DNA from: Cenarchaeum sp. | GTDB taxonomy: Archaea; Thermoproteota; Nitrososphaeria; Nitrososphaerales; Nitrosopumilaceae | Reading direction: 5' to 3' | Length of the DNA stretch: 64,000 bases | Assembly: GCA_965242695.1 (NCBI GenBank) | Contig: CBDESU010000002.1 | Location: 1,600,001 to 1,664,000, forward strand | Shown: positions 39,107 to 49,612 of the stretch, one piece after another | Position numbering within the stretch: the first letter of the stretch is position 1 | Layout of the letters: each line of letters opens with the position of its first letter | Notes under the pieces: model-generated | Database searches by the model: none | Seen by the model: only the letters and a program-made list of their open reading frames with translations | What the model was told of the DNA's origin: nothing | Program-made: the position numbers and the translations under genes

Positions 39107-40929
39107 GCCTGCGCGTAGTACGTGCCGGCCCCCTTTTGTTCCTTGTCGAGCCGGCTGCCGGCCTTGTTGACGCGCGGCCTTGACGACCTCTCGTCGCGCC
39201 GGAACGTCATGTCCAGCGACCTGAGGAACGCGTTCATGGCCTCGCCCTTGGGCATCGGCCCGGACGCCTCCCCCGACCGCCCTGGCTCGCCGTCGAACAT
39301 TACGATAGAGTCGGACACGAGGTCGACGAGCTGTATGTCGTGGTCGATGACGACCGCCGCCCTGCCTGCCGTGCGAACGAACTTTTTCATGAACCTGGCA
39401 AGGGCGATGCGGTCCTCTACGTCGAGGAACGCCGACGGCTCGTCCAGGGCGTACACGTCGGCCTCGCGCAGGAGGCATGCGGCGACGGCGACCTTTTGCA
39501 GCTCGCCGCCCGAGAGGGCCGAGATGCGCCTCGGATACAGCCTCTTGACGCGCAGGTGGTCGACTATCTGACCCTCGCCGATGCTGCCGGCGACGGGCGC
39601 CCCGTTGGCGCGGCTCAGGACGGACTCTACGTCGGCGCCGCCGCCCTCTTCGTCGCCGCCCCTCCCCTCGCCGGCCCTCAGGTACTGCGGCTTGTACGAG
39701 ACGCGCGCCTTCTTGAGTACACTCCCAGAGTCGGGCTCGTCCACGCCGGCGAGCATCCTCATCATCGTGGTCTTGCCGAGGGCGTTGGCGCCCGCCACGC
39801 CGAGCACCTCGCCGCGCCGCACCTCGCCGGCGCCGGCCGACAGGGAGAACCCGGGGTGCGACTTGGAAAGGGCGTTCCACCCGACGAGGGCGTCCTCGGA
39901 TGCGAACTCGTCGACTCCGCCGCCGGGCGCCGATGCCGACGCGTCGAGCGTGAACGCCTTGTCGCGAAAGCGGACGTTGTCGCCGGGCAGGTACCCGTCG
40001 AGGAACGCATTGATGCCGATCTTTGTCGACAGCATGCCCGACACGATGCCGTACGCGGCAGGCTCGCCGTAGAGGACCTCTACGTAGTCGCTCATGTAGT
40101 CGAGCAGCGTGAGGTCGTGCTCGACGACCATGACGCTGCGCCCCTCCTCGGCGAGCGACCGCACGACCCGCGCGACGGCGGCGCGCTGGTACGCGTCGTT
40201 GTACGACGACGGCTCGTCGAAAAAGTACAGGTCGGCATCGCGCGCGGCCGCGGCCGCGACGGCCACCCGCTGCAGCTCGCCGCCGGACAGCTCGGAGACC
40301 ATGCGGCCCGATGCGCTGTCCAGGCCCAGGTCGCCGACGAGCCTGTTGCCGGCGCCCCTCTCGTCGTACTTTGAGATGAGGTCGGCCGCCGTGCCGTCAA
40401 AGGCCGACGCAATGCGGTCGACGCGCTGCGGCTTTGTCGAGGTGCGCACGCCGCCGTCGCGGACCGCCTCGAAGTGCGCCTTCATCTCTGTCCCCGAGTA
40501 GTAGCCGAGCACCTCGTCCCATCCGGGCTCGTCGTCGTACCTGCCGAGGTTGGGCCGTATGCGGCCGGCGAGTATGTCCACCACGGTGCTCTTGCCCATG
40601 CCGTTGCGGCCGAGCAGCCCGACGACCTGGCCGGCCTTGGGGGCGGGCAGCCTGTACAGCCGGAACGAGTTGCGGCCGTACTGGTGGACCTTGTCCGAGG
40701 ACATCTCGGATGCGAGGTTGACGATGCGGATGGCGTCGAACGGGCACACCTTCACGCAGATGCCGCACCCGTTGCACAGGTCCTCGTCGATGCGCGCCTT
40801 TGCCGTCTCCTCGTCGAGCGCGATGCAGTCGGCGCCTGACTTGTTGACGGGGCAGTACTTTATGCACTCTAGGCCGCACTTGCGCGGCTGGCACGCCTCG
40901 CGGTCGAGCACTGCCACGCGGTGGGTCAT
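39103..40929 (-). CDS. rli1: Ribosome recycling ATPase ABCE1/Rli1
   Basis: N-terminal Fe-S CQPRKC...CNGCGICVKVCP; two ABC domains with LSGGELQ and DEPS. Confidence 0.97.
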   Translation of the reverse strand: MTHRVAVLDREACQPRKCGLECIKYCPVNKSGADCIALDEETAKARIDEDLCNGCGICVKVCPFDAIRIVNLASEMSSDKVHQYGRNSFRLYRLPAPKAGQVVGLLGRNGMGKSTVVDILAGRIRPNLGRYDDEPGWDEVLGYYSGTEMKAHFEAVRDGGVRTSTKPQRVDRIASAFDGTAADLISKYDERGAGNRLVGDLGLDSASGRMVSELSGGELQRVAVAAAAARDADLYFFDEPSSYNDAYQRAAVARVVRSLAEEGRSVMVVEHDLTLLDYMSDYVEVLYGEPAAYGIVSGMLSTKIGINAFLDGYLPGDNVRFRDKAFTLDASASAPGGGVDEFASEDALVGWNALSKSHPGFSLSAGAGEVRRGEVLGVAGANALGKTTMMRMLAGVDEPDSGSVLKKARVSYKPQYLRAGEGRGGDEEGGGADVESVLSRANGAPVAGSIGEGQIVDHLRVKRLYPRRISALSGGELQKVAVAACLLREADVYALDEPSAFLDVEDRIALARFMKKFVRTAGRAAVVIDHDIQLVDLVSDSIVMFDGEPGRSGEASGPMPKGEAMNAFLRSLDMTFRRDERSSRPRVNKAGSRLDKEQKGAGTYYAQA

Positions 40930-41143
40930 TGCGCCGCCGCGCCGCCGCGCTGCACATTAACCCTTTGAAGGGGGGTGACGCGGCCCTAACCGCCGCGGCC
41001 GGGCGGGACCGGGCGGTAGCGCCGCGCCGCGCCCGGGCGGCCTTTTGCCGCCCGTGCCACTCGGAGGCCTACTTCCCCGGGCACAGGAGCCGATTTGCCG
41101 CCCGTGCCAAGGTTAATAGGCGGGCCGCCGGGCGCCCCTTCAA

Positions 41144-41257
41144 GCCGGCCATAGCGTCAGGGTGCGACCCAATCCCATTCCGAACTTGGAAGTCAAACCT
41201 GGCGTCGCTGTCGTGCTACTAAGATGCGAGAGCTCTTGGGAAGCGGCAGTGCTGGCA
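41144..41257 (+). rRNA. rrf: 5S rRNA
   Basis: GGCCATAGCG...CCCATTCCGAAC..GGAAGTCAAACC...GGGAA; terminal helix GCCGGC/GCTGGC; TTAATA about 30 nt upstream. Confidence 0.93.
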
Positions 41258-41306
41258 TCATTCATCACACCTCTGTTGCCGCCTGTCCGGCGTGGTACTC
41301 GTGCCT

Positions 41307-41412
41307 GGGGATGGCGCGCATCGGACGAGGCACTGCGACTGCGGCATTGACTGGGCCGGCGGCGGCGAGTCCGCCACTCGGGGATGGCGCGCATCGGACG
41401 AGGCACTGCGAC
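41307..41412. repeat. Two-copy 33-bp direct repeat GGGGATGGCGCGCATCGGACGAGGCACTGCGAC, 40-bp spacer
   Basis: Identical copies at 41307-41339 and 41380-41412. Confidence 0.85.
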
Positions 41413-41523
41413 CCTGTGTGGCGCGACGGGGGCGGTGGATTGGACCCGCGGGCTGTGCGGGACAGCGGTGGCCTGGCGACGCACAGCTTATAACCTACTC
41501 GCCGATACCCGCATTGGGGCGCC

Positions 41524-42603
41524 ATGGCGGGGCAAGAGTATGCAGAGATGCTGTACGGCGGCAGGGGCCTGCAGGGCCTTGCCAGGGCGGCCGACGAGGC
41601 GGCCTCTGGGGGCAGTGCGAGGATCAACGCGCTATTGCTCCATTCTCGCAAGGATCCCGCAAGGGAGATGCGAGAGTGGGCCCCTGACGACGACATGCGC
41701 CCCGACGTGTCCCGCCGGAACGGCAAGGCGGTACTGACGCTCAGCGAGCGGGGCAGGGATCCCATCCGCATCGCGGTCGTGAAGAGCGGCAGGCAGCCGG
41801 ATGTGTACTATGCATTGAGCGACTGTTCCTCCGCAGAGTTCAAGACACGGTTCGTATCTATGTTGGACAGGCATGTCCCCACGATCTCGAGGGTATACCT
41901 TTCAAACGCAGAAATGTGCAGCATCGTGGAGGCAGCTGCAGAGATCTGCAGTGCACGGGTCAAGCTTGTGACGACCAGGTCCCGGCACCCCGGCCGAGAA
42001 AAGTTTGACTCGCGCACAGATCGCGTCGACACGCCGGCAGAGGAGTTCGCCGGCGCGGCCGACGGGGTGGGCTGCGAGATCAGGACGGTGGGACTGGCCT
42101 GCAGGCCCGCCGCTTCGGACGGCGGCGATGCCGCGGGTGGCCCTTGGATGCTGACCGTGTACAGGGACTGCCGCTTTTCGGCAAGGCGCGGGACGGGGAT
42201 CCTGTTTGGTGCCATACTCCCCCGGGCCGCGGACCTGGCGGCCGGCAGGGCAGAAAAGCTTCTGGCGTGCGCTAAAACGTCGGAGAGGCGGACCCCCGAG
42301 TCACTGATCGTGAGGTTCAAAGATCGTGTGTTTGCCGATCCTAGCAAGAACCGTTCACGCGTCGATGCGATCGGGGCAATGCCCTATACGGCCATAATCG
42401 ACCATCCCAGCGATCCGTTTATACACATAACGCTGGTAGACTACGGCGACGGCTCGTCGTACGGCATCTGGGCACTGGGCAACGATCGGCTTGCAATCAT
42501 ACCTACTATTTTTGCAAGCGGCGCATCCATGTCGAGGCTGGTCAACCACGTAATGGAAAAATTCGGCGATGCCACTGTCGAGAACTGTGACGGTGGATCA
42601 TAG
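41524..42603 (+). CDS. Hypothetical protein (accessory, lower GC)
   Basis: 359-aa ORF, TTATAA at ~41489, coupled to the next gene. Confidence 0.75.
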   Translation: MAGQEYAEMLYGGRGLQGLARAADEAASGGSARINALLLHSRKDPAREMREWAPDDDMRPDVSRRNGKAVLTLSERGRDPIRIAVVKSGRQPDVYYALSDCSSAEFKTRFVSMLDRHVPTISRVYLSNAEMCSIVEAAAEICSARVKLVTTRSRHPGREKFDSRTDRVDTPAEEFAGAADGVGCEIRTVGLACRPAASDGGDAAGGPWMLTVYRDCRFSARRGTGILFGAILPRAADLAAGRAEKLLACAKTSERRTPESLIVRFKDRVFADPSKNRSRVDAIGAMPYTAIIDHPSDPFIHITLVDYGDGSSYGIWALGNDRLAIIPTIFASGASMSRLVNHVMEKFGDATVENCDGGS

Positions 42604-43570
42604 TGGCTGGCATCAGTGCGAAAAACGCCGAGATACGCGCGTACGAGTTTACAATAGAGGCGATTGTCTGCCTTGAAAGGGCGTTCAAGGACCTTGCCGG
42701 CGCGGGGTTCCGCCAGGGCCCGAAGATGCGCACGGCGGACGGTGTGGTCGTCACCCCCGACATGGCCTTTGAGTCGGGGGGAGGGCAGGGCGGCGCAGGC
42801 TACCGTGCGGTGGGCGAGATCAAGTCGTCGTTTCCGCAGTACGAGAGTGCCGTCGATCAGATGGTTCGGCAGGTGCGTCACTACGACAGCGGACTTGGCG
42901 GATGGAAGGGAGAGGCGTCGTCTTGCGGCGGCGGTCAGCTCGGCGATCATGACATCGTGATCGGGGTTAGATCCAACCACGCGCACGACTTTGCAGTTAG
43001 ACTCCCCGTCGCACTTAGGGCGAGGGAGGTGGAAATCAAAAGCCCACTCTCGATCATAGGAATCATCCGCAATAAAAATAACAACGGTAACGACCGGTTC
43101 CTCCTAAAGAGATCGTTTGGGAGAATCTCCCACAAAAAGACACATGACGCATTTGGAAAGGGATGGTCGATCAACGCATCTGAGATGACGAATGGGCTCA
43201 ACAACACGAAGTTTTACGATTCACGCCCTCCGCTGCCGTACGTCATGTCTGTGCTGTGGGTCAACGTGTTTCTAAACCTTGCCACGGCAAAAAACTTCGT
43301 ATGAATGCACAAGTCACCATGGATGTCGAGGTCGGCAGGATACACCGGCTGGCCTCGAGGCTTGCCCCTCAGTCGAATCCTGGGTGCGTCAAAAGGGCGT
43401 GGATAAAGGATTCGATGGAGGAGTTTGTAAGGATCGGCCTGGCGGAAAGGACGGGCATAGACAAATACAAGATCTTCTATACCATGCACAAGTCACGGCC
43501 GCTAGAGTGGCTGGCGGGAATGACGGCCTCTGGAGCGGACACTCCGAATGGATCCGAGAATTACCTATAG
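42603..43570 (+). CDS. PD-(D/E)XK nuclease-like protein with possible C-terminal winged helix, split by a -1 frameshift at 43289-43295
   Basis: TPDMAFE...VGEIKSS motif; 0-frame stops at 43304; -1 frame continues KKLRMNAQ... to 43570. Confidence 0.55.
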
Positions 43571-44301
43571 TGCCCTGCGAACGCCCTCGATATCCGACGG
43601 CGGAATCCTAACATGATCGTCACTTGGGACCGCAAAATTTTTGACGTGAGGCCGCTTCTGGCCGCGCCAGAATGATGCGGCGTAGACCCCCTGCCAATCA
43701 AGGACGGGGGTTCTGACGCGGTGCCGCGCCGCGCCGAGTAGATTGACGCGAACGCCACCCCTGGCCGCGCCGCGCCGGCCAATGTCCGACAGCCCCGATC
43801 ATGCGCTCGGGGGAGGGCATCGCGCGCCTCTCGATCGCACCTTCTGCACTGCACCGTCCGGATCCCGCAATGCGGGGAGACGCTCGGGGAAGGGGAGGCG
43901 GGAGCATCCGGATGGCAATGTCTATCCCAGCGAACGGAGCCCTCGGGATCGACAGCGGGCGCGCGGCAGGGCAGGGCACGCTGGCGTGGCATCGTGCCGC
44001 CCATCAGACTGATGCCGTATCTGCGCCCTTGTCACCGGCCTGTGCACGGCGGGAATCTGGACCACCGTAATTCGGCCGGTTCGGCTGCGGCGGCGTGGTC
44101 CATACCGCGGCAAGCCCGTGAATGCAACGCACAGGATGACAAAATGCCGTCGACACGATGCGGTGACAGGAGTGGCGGCCGTGCGCGAGGCGGCCCGCGC
44201 GCATGTGCGGGCCCATCTGTAGCCCCTTTTCATGAAAAATCCGCCCTTCCGCAGTGCCGCAGCAGAAAACGAATATACCGCGCCGCCGCCGCGGCCCTGC
44301 G

Positions 44302-44457
44302 ATGGCGGGCATGCGCGGTGCCGAGTCCAGGACGTGCACCGTCTGCGGCCAGGCCGTCGAGGGCGACGACATACGGCTGCTCAACCACATGATGGAGCGG
44401 CACGGGTTCCGCAACCCAAACGTCGGCAAGCCGGACAGGAACAGCCGCGGCTACTAG
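44302..44457 (+). CDS. Small C2H2-type zinc-finger protein
   Basis: CTVC-x12-HMMERH; ATATA upstream. Confidence 0.6.
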   Translation: MAGMRGAESRTCTVCGQAVEGDDIRLLNHMMERHGFRNPNVGKPDRNSRGY

Positions 44458-46052
44458 GGGGCGCTCTTGCGTCGATCGCCGCCGCCGGCCGGCCCGCACA
44501 GCCCCGCAAGGTAGTCGAGGATCAGCCTCACCCCGAACCCCGTCGCGCCCGCCGGGTTGTACGGCCTCTTTGCGGTGCCGACCTGCGTCCATGCGGTGCC
44601 GGCAATGTCGATGTGCGCCCACGGCGTCGATTTGACCGCCGCGCGCAGGAATGCCGCCGCCGCGGCCGCGCCGGCAGCCCTGCCCGTCCCCATGTTCTTG
44701 ACATCCGCCACCCTTGAGCGGATCATGTCCATATGCTCGTCGCCGAGCGGCATCCTCCAGACTGCCTCTGCAGTGCGGGTCGAGGACTCTAGCAGGCCGC
44801 CTGCCAGCCCGTCGTCGTTGCTGAACAGGCCGGCCGTATTGGCGCCGAGGGCCACGACGCACGCGCCCGTGAGGGTCGCCAGGTCGATGATCCCGCGCGG
44901 CTCGTACTCGGACTCGGCGTACGAGATGGCGTCGGCGAGCAGGAGCCTGCCCTCCGCGTCCGTATTGAGTATCTCGGCGGTGCGCCCGCCGTGAAGCCGT
45001 ACGATGTCGCCGGGCCTGTACGACTCGCCGCCTGGCATGTTCTCGGCCGACGGTATGATCCCGGCTACGTCGATGGGAAGGCGCATGGCGGCCGCGCCGG
45101 CCATGATTCCCAGTACTGCGCACCCGCCGCACTTGTCGAACTTCATCTCGTCCATCTTTTCGCGCGGCTTTAGGGATATGCCGCCGGTGTCGAACGTCAC
45201 GGCCTTTCCGACGACGACGACGGGGCGGCGCAGCCTGCGGTTTCGGCCGGCCGCCCCGCCGCTCCTGTATTCGATCGTGATCAGGCGCGGCCCGTTGGCG
45301 CTGCCGCCCCCGACGGCGAGTATGCCGCCGAACCCGCCCCTCTTCAGGGCCGCGCCGGACATGACGGAGCAGCGCAGCGCGGGGCTGGACGAGCATACCG
45401 AGCGTGCCGCGCTCGCCATGCCGGCCGGGGGGCACTCGTTGGGCGGCATGTTGCCCGTGTCCCTTGCAATGATTGCGCCGTCGGCCCCGGCGTTTGCCTG
45501 CACCACGGCGCGCCGCATGCGCGCAGAGCGCGACTCGCCGGAGCCGCGCACGACGACGGTGAGCGAGCGCGGAACGGCGCGCCCCCTGCCCGACTTGTAG
45601 CGGTCGAACGAGTACAGCGCCAGCCTTGCCCCCTCTATAATGCGCGCGGCCGACAGGGCGGCATCGGCGCCAGGCGGCACCACGACGGCCAGGCCGGAGC
45701 AGCCCGCGTCGGCCGCGGCCCTTGCGGCCGCGCCGGCCGCATGCCTGACGGCATCGCTTCCAGAGGCGCCGCCGCCCGGTGCCGGGCGCCCCCTGCCCCC
45801 TGTCCATGCGAGTATGATCATCCGCGCGGCTGCCATTCCCATCGTGTCTATTGCGGCCGTGTAGCCGAGGCGGGCCCGCCTGCCGCTAGCGGCCCTCTTC
45901 ACCGCATCCGCCACCGCCCTGTCGACCCTCTCGTTTTCCGTGCCGCCGAGGCCGAGGACGGACTCTGAAGCGGCGGGGTCGACAAGCGCGCACAGGGCCG
46001 GCGTGCGGACGGACGCGGCCGGGTTCGAAGCCTCCCTTACGGCGACCCTCAT
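44454..46052 (-). CDS. pepA: Leucyl aminopeptidase (M17)
   Basis: VGKAVTFDTGG, MKFDKCG, NTDAEGRL, ATLTGA, WAHIDIAGT. Confidence 0.96.
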   Translation of the reverse strand: MRVAVREASNPAASVRTPALCALVDPAASESVLGLGGTENERVDRAVADAVKRAASGRRARLGYTAAIDTMGMAAARMIILAWTGGRGRPAPGGGASGSDAVRHAAGAAARAAADAGCSGLAVVVPPGADAALSAARIIEGARLALYSFDRYKSGRGRAVPRSLTVVVRGSGESRSARMRRAVVQANAGADGAIIARDTGNMPPNECPPAGMASAARSVCSSSPALRCSVMSGAALKRGGFGGILAVGGGSANGPRLITIEYRSGGAAGRNRRLRRPVVVVGKAVTFDTGGISLKPREKMDEMKFDKCGGCAVLGIMAGAAAMRLPIDVAGIIPSAENMPGGESYRPGDIVRLHGGRTAEILNTDAEGRLLLADAISYAESEYEPRGIIDLATLTGACVVALGANTAGLFSNDDGLAGGLLESSTRTAEAVWRMPLGDEHMDMIRSRVADVKNMGTGRAAGAAAAAAFLRAAVKSTPWAHIDIAGTAWTQVGTAKRPYNPAGATGFGVRLILDYLAGLCGPAGGGDRRKSAP

Positions 46053-46168
46053 GCGGCGGGGCCGCGGCGCGACCCTAACTTATACCCGGCGCCCTGTACC
46101 GCAGTTCCCCCGCGGCAGCGAGGCGCGCCCTGCCTGCCGCGCCTGCCTCTGCGGCCCGCCTGCCGGCC

Positions 46169-46609
46169 CTAGCCCTCCACGTCGAGCCTGATGCGGTCGC
46201 CGTTGCTGTTCCACGCGTAGATGTCCCCGTCGCCGTACGGCGCCTTTACTATCAGCGATATGACGCCAAAGAAGTTGTGCAGGTCGGCAAGCGAGGGCCT
46301 TGCCGACCCGCTCGGGTGCGAGTGGACGATGCCGACGTAGCTCAGGTCTAGCGGCAGAAAGCTGTGCGGAAACCACGCGAACGCGGGGCCTGCCTCGGAG
46401 AAGGGCGGGACGACGAGCCCGTCGATGCGCACGTCCCCGCCCTTGGCCTTGCCCTTGAGGACGAGTATGCCCTCGTTCGGGTGCTTCATGCGGCAGTACG
46501 TCAGTATGCCGTCGTGCGCCTCGCGCGTGAGGGTGACGACCCTCCTGCTGTCGTCCCTTCCGGCCTTCTTCTGCCCGCCCTTGGCCTTTCCGCGCCCGAA
46601 CAGCCTCAC
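46169..46609 (-). CDS. JAMM/MPN+ metalloprotease
   Basis: PNEG...VHSHPSG...PS.AD. Confidence 0.9.
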   Translation of the reverse strand: MRLFGRGKAKGGQKKAGRDDSRRVVTLTREAHDGILTYCRMKHPNEGILVLKGKAKGGDVRIDGLVVPPFSEAGPAFAWFPHSFLPLDLSYVGIVHSHPSGSARPSLADLHNFFGVISLIVKAPYGDGDIYAWNSNGDRIRLDVEG

Positions 46610-46631
46610 GCCCAGCTCATCTCCAGCCCGC

Positions 46632-48023
46632 TCACGCCCCGTCGTCGGGGCGCACCGTATACCTCACGCCGGTAATCTCCGAGACGGCCCCCTCGATGCG
46701 CTTGAGGATTCCGGGTATGCGCCCGTCGGCCTCGTCGGCCTCGGCCCTCATCTGCCGCACCTTGGACTCGGTGTCGTCCGTCTCTGCCCTGTTCCTAGCC
46801 AGGTCGGCCTCGAGCGAGCCGAGCCGGCCGGTGTCGGCCTCGGCGATCCTGCCCTCGATGGCCTTTTCCTCCCGCGCCATGGACCTGGCATCCTCCTCGT
46901 ACGAGGCGAGCCGCCCCATCTCGTCTCCGAGCAGGTTCACCGCCTTTGCCTTGTCCTTTACGGTGACCGATCCATTCTCGACGGCCTTCTTGGCGGCGCC
47001 GAGTATCTCCGAGACGGCGCCGGCGCCGGCCGACGTGATGGCCTTGAACGGGTCGTCGATGACGGCGCGCAGCAGGGCCATCTTTTCCTTGTCCATGGCC
47101 GAGACGTACTCGTACCGGGACAGGGGCTTTGATATCTTTGTGAACCTGTCGGACACGGCGCGCCGCGCCGCGGCCCGGCGGCCCCGCACCGCCTCGATCT
47201 CTTCGCGCAGCCTCCCGAGGGCGCCGTACTCTGGCGAGGCCTTTACCGCCTCGATCTCGCCGGATATGTCCTCGCCGCGCATGCGCAGCCGCACGAGCTT
47301 CGAGTCGAGCTCGACGGCCCTGGCGCGCAGCCTCTCGGCCGACTTGCCGGACCTGTCCATGCGGTCGACGTCTGCCAGCACGCGCTCGGCCGCCTCGGCC
47401 GTGTACCTCCGCCCCACGGTGAGGGCCAAGAGCTCCTTGTAGTCTTCCCCCGTGGACTCTAGTATGGGCTTCATGCGGCCCGCGTACCTTTTGGCGAACG
47501 CGTCCATGAACCGCGTCTGCCTGCCGAGGACGTCGCCGGCCTTCTTGAGCATGCGGCCCGTCGCCTCGGCAAGGGCCACCGCATCGTCGGCCGTCTCCAC
47601 GTCGGGCAGCGCCGCGCGCGCCTCCTGCCCTATGATCGAGATGATCTGGCGCTTGCCGCGCTCGACGATGGCCTGCACCCGCCTGTCGGCGTCCTCGGTG
47701 TCCAGGTCGTCCTCCTCGAGCTCGTCGAGTATGTCGCAGAGATCCTCTAGGCGCGGCATCAGGGCGTCCCTGAGGGACGCGGCGCCGGCGACAAGGGCCC
47801 TGTCGCGCACGGCGGCCACCTCTTCGAGGAGCATGGGCACGTCCGAGACGGATATGTTGGCCGGGTCGATGCGGCCGGCCTGCTCGTCGTCCTCCTCAAC
47901 GAGCTGCGAGCTCGCCCCGCCGTCGCTTCTCTCCTCGGCAGCCGCGACGGCGGCGGCCTCGGCGGCGGCCGCAACCTGCGACTCGTCGGGCCTTTTCTTC
48001 TTCCTGCCCCAGCCGAATACCAC
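46632..48023 (-). CDS. Coiled-coil hypothetical protein
   Basis: Long heptad-rich ORF; GTG start inferred from TTTAAT at ~48045. Confidence 0.75.
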   Translation of the reverse strand: MVFGWGRKKKRPDESQVAAAAEAAAVAAAEERSDGGASSQLVEEDDEQAGRIDPANISVSDVPMLLEEVAAVRDRALVAGAASLRDALMPRLEDLCDILDELEEDDLDTEDADRRVQAIVERGKRQIISIIGQEARAALPDVETADDAVALAEATGRMLKKAGDVLGRQTRFMDAFAKRYAGRMKPILESTGEDYKELLALTVGRRYTAEAAERVLADVDRMDRSGKSAERLRARAVELDSKLVRLRMRGEDISGEIEAVKASPEYGALGRLREEIEAVRGRRAAARRAVSDRFTKISKPLSRYEYVSAMDKEKMALLRAVIDDPFKAITSAGAGAVSEILGAAKKAVENGSVTVKDKAKAVNLLGDEMGRLASYEEDARSMAREEKAIEGRIAEADTGRLGSLEADLARNRAETDDTESKVRQMRAEADEADGRIPGILKRIEGAVSEITGVRYTVRPDDGA

Positions 48024-48187
48024 AGCGGCATGCTCGGCGGGCCGATTAAATGTGTGTTGGGGGCGCATGCGTCCTGCGGCGGCGCCGGGGCGCCGCCCAT
48101 GCCCGCCCTGCCCGCCCGCGGCGCCTGTTGGGGGGGGGGGGATCGCGGCGCGATCGACGTAAATACGCCCGGCGCGTGCCGCGCGGC

Positions 48188-48556
48188 GTGAGCGACACGC
48201 GCCTGACGATCGCCGGCATCGGACTCGTCTTTGCGGGGTTCATCATGCTCGGCGTGTTCGGCGGACAGTACGCCGGCCCGTCGATCGAGGCCGAGCAGTT
48301 CGGCGACTGCCACCTGTACTCTGACGATGCGCCGCCCGTCAAGGTGCCGTGCGAGGATGCGGTCGGCTCGCAGACGGCGTTCTTTGCCCTGGTCGTCGGG
48401 CTCATAGCGGCCGGAATCGCCGCCCTTGCGCTTGGCGTGCGCGGCAGGTGGGATCAAAAGGTCAGGCCCGAGGATATGGTGGGCCCCGGAGGCGGCGGGG
48501 GCGAGGCGGAGGGCGGCGCGAGCGGGGGCGCGGGGCGGGGCCCCGGCGGGGCCTAG
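48188..48556 (+). CDS. Two-TM membrane protein
   Basis: Two hydrophobic helices, loop Cys pair, GRWDQKVRPEDMVGP. Confidence 0.7.
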   Translation: MSDTRLTIAGIGLVFAGFIMLGVFGGQYAGPSIEAEQFGDCHLYSDDAPPVKVPCEDAVGSQTAFFALVVGLIAAGIAALALGVRGRWDQKVRPEDMVGPGGGGGEAEGGASGGAGRGPGGA

Positions 48557-48672
48557 GAGCAGGGCGCTCGGATGCCGCTGCCCAAGGCTGGGATCGCCGA
48601 TCGTGCCTGATCCGCGCCGCCCGGCGCGCCCCGAGTGGCCTTAAAATATGCCCCCCGCACCGCCGTGGTGAA

Positions 48673-49023
48673 GTGTCTGCCAACTCGCAGCCGATCGTGC
48701 CAGAGATCAAGTCCGACACGTCCGACGCGCACAGGCGCATAGTGGTGGCCGGCGTGTTCGGGGGAGCCCGCTCGTACGGGCTGGAGGTCACGGTGTACTC
48801 GGAGCAGGGCGACTACGAGCGCGTCCTGGAGTCGCAGCCGCCCAACCCTGCCCGCAACATCCTGCGCCGGACGATCGAGACGACGCTTGTGATCGATCCC
48901 ATGCAGATGAAGAGCATCCACGAGTGGCTCGGCAAGAACATGGCCGAGTACGAGCGCATGTTCGGAAAGATACCGTCGCCCGAAGAGGTGCGCAACAGGT
49001 CCATGCGCGATCCCCTGCAGTAG
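48673..49023 (+). CDS. Hypothetical protein (DUF3467-like, tentative)
   Basis: VFGG...IDPMQMKSIHEWL...YERMFGKI; TTAAAA upstream. Confidence 0.7.
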   Translation: MSANSQPIVPEIKSDTSDAHRRIVVAGVFGGARSYGLEVTVYSEQGDYERVLESQPPNPARNILRRTIETTLVIDPMQMKSIHEWLGKNMAEYERMFGKIPSPEEVRNRSMRDPLQ

Positions 49024-49250
49024 GCCGCTCCGGCGCGCCGGCCCAGCCGGCCATGCGGCCCTTGAGCGCCGCCCGCCTCGCCCGCACCGGTGCCGGGCCG
49101 GCGCCTCCCGCTGCGCGACGCGGCCCGCCCGTCTTGCCGCTGCCGCCGCGGCGCCCTGCGCCCTCCCCGCCCCTACGGCTGCCGCCGCGGCGCCCGCGTG
49201 CGGCGATCGCGGTGATTATCCTTAAATTATGAGCGGGGCGCGGCGCGCCG

Positions 49251-49592
49251 TTGGCAGACGACGAGGCACCCGCGAACGAGCCGGCCTCCCCGGCCGCACT
49301 GCTCGAGGGCGAGTCGATCGTGTTCAAGGATCCGGACGCCGTCTCGGACGCGGCGGCTCCTGCCGAGCCGGACGCCCCCGCGGCCGACGAAGAGGCTGGC
49401 GGCGCCGACGACGGCCTCGGGATGGATGACGATCGCCCCGAGCAGTTCGACGTGCACTATACGTGCCTACGGTGCGGCACGGACGTGAGCAACGAAGAGC
49501 TGGGCCGCCTGCCCGAGATCAAGTGCATCTGCGGCTACAAGGTGTTCATCAAGGTGCGGCCCCCGATCGTAAAGACCGTCCGCGCCGTCTGA
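49251..49592 (+). CDS. rpo12: RNA polymerase subunit Rpo12 (P) with acidic N-terminal extension
   Basis: YTCLRCG...IKCICGYKVFIKVRPPIVK. Confidence 0.88.
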   Translation: MADDEAPANEPASPAALLEGESIVFKDPDAVSDAAAPAEPDAPAADEEAGGADDGLGMDDDRPEQFDVHYTCLRCGTDVSNEELGRLPEIKCICGYKVFIKVRPPIVKTVRAV

Positions 49593-49612
49593 GCGCGCCG
49601 GCGGGCCTCGGC

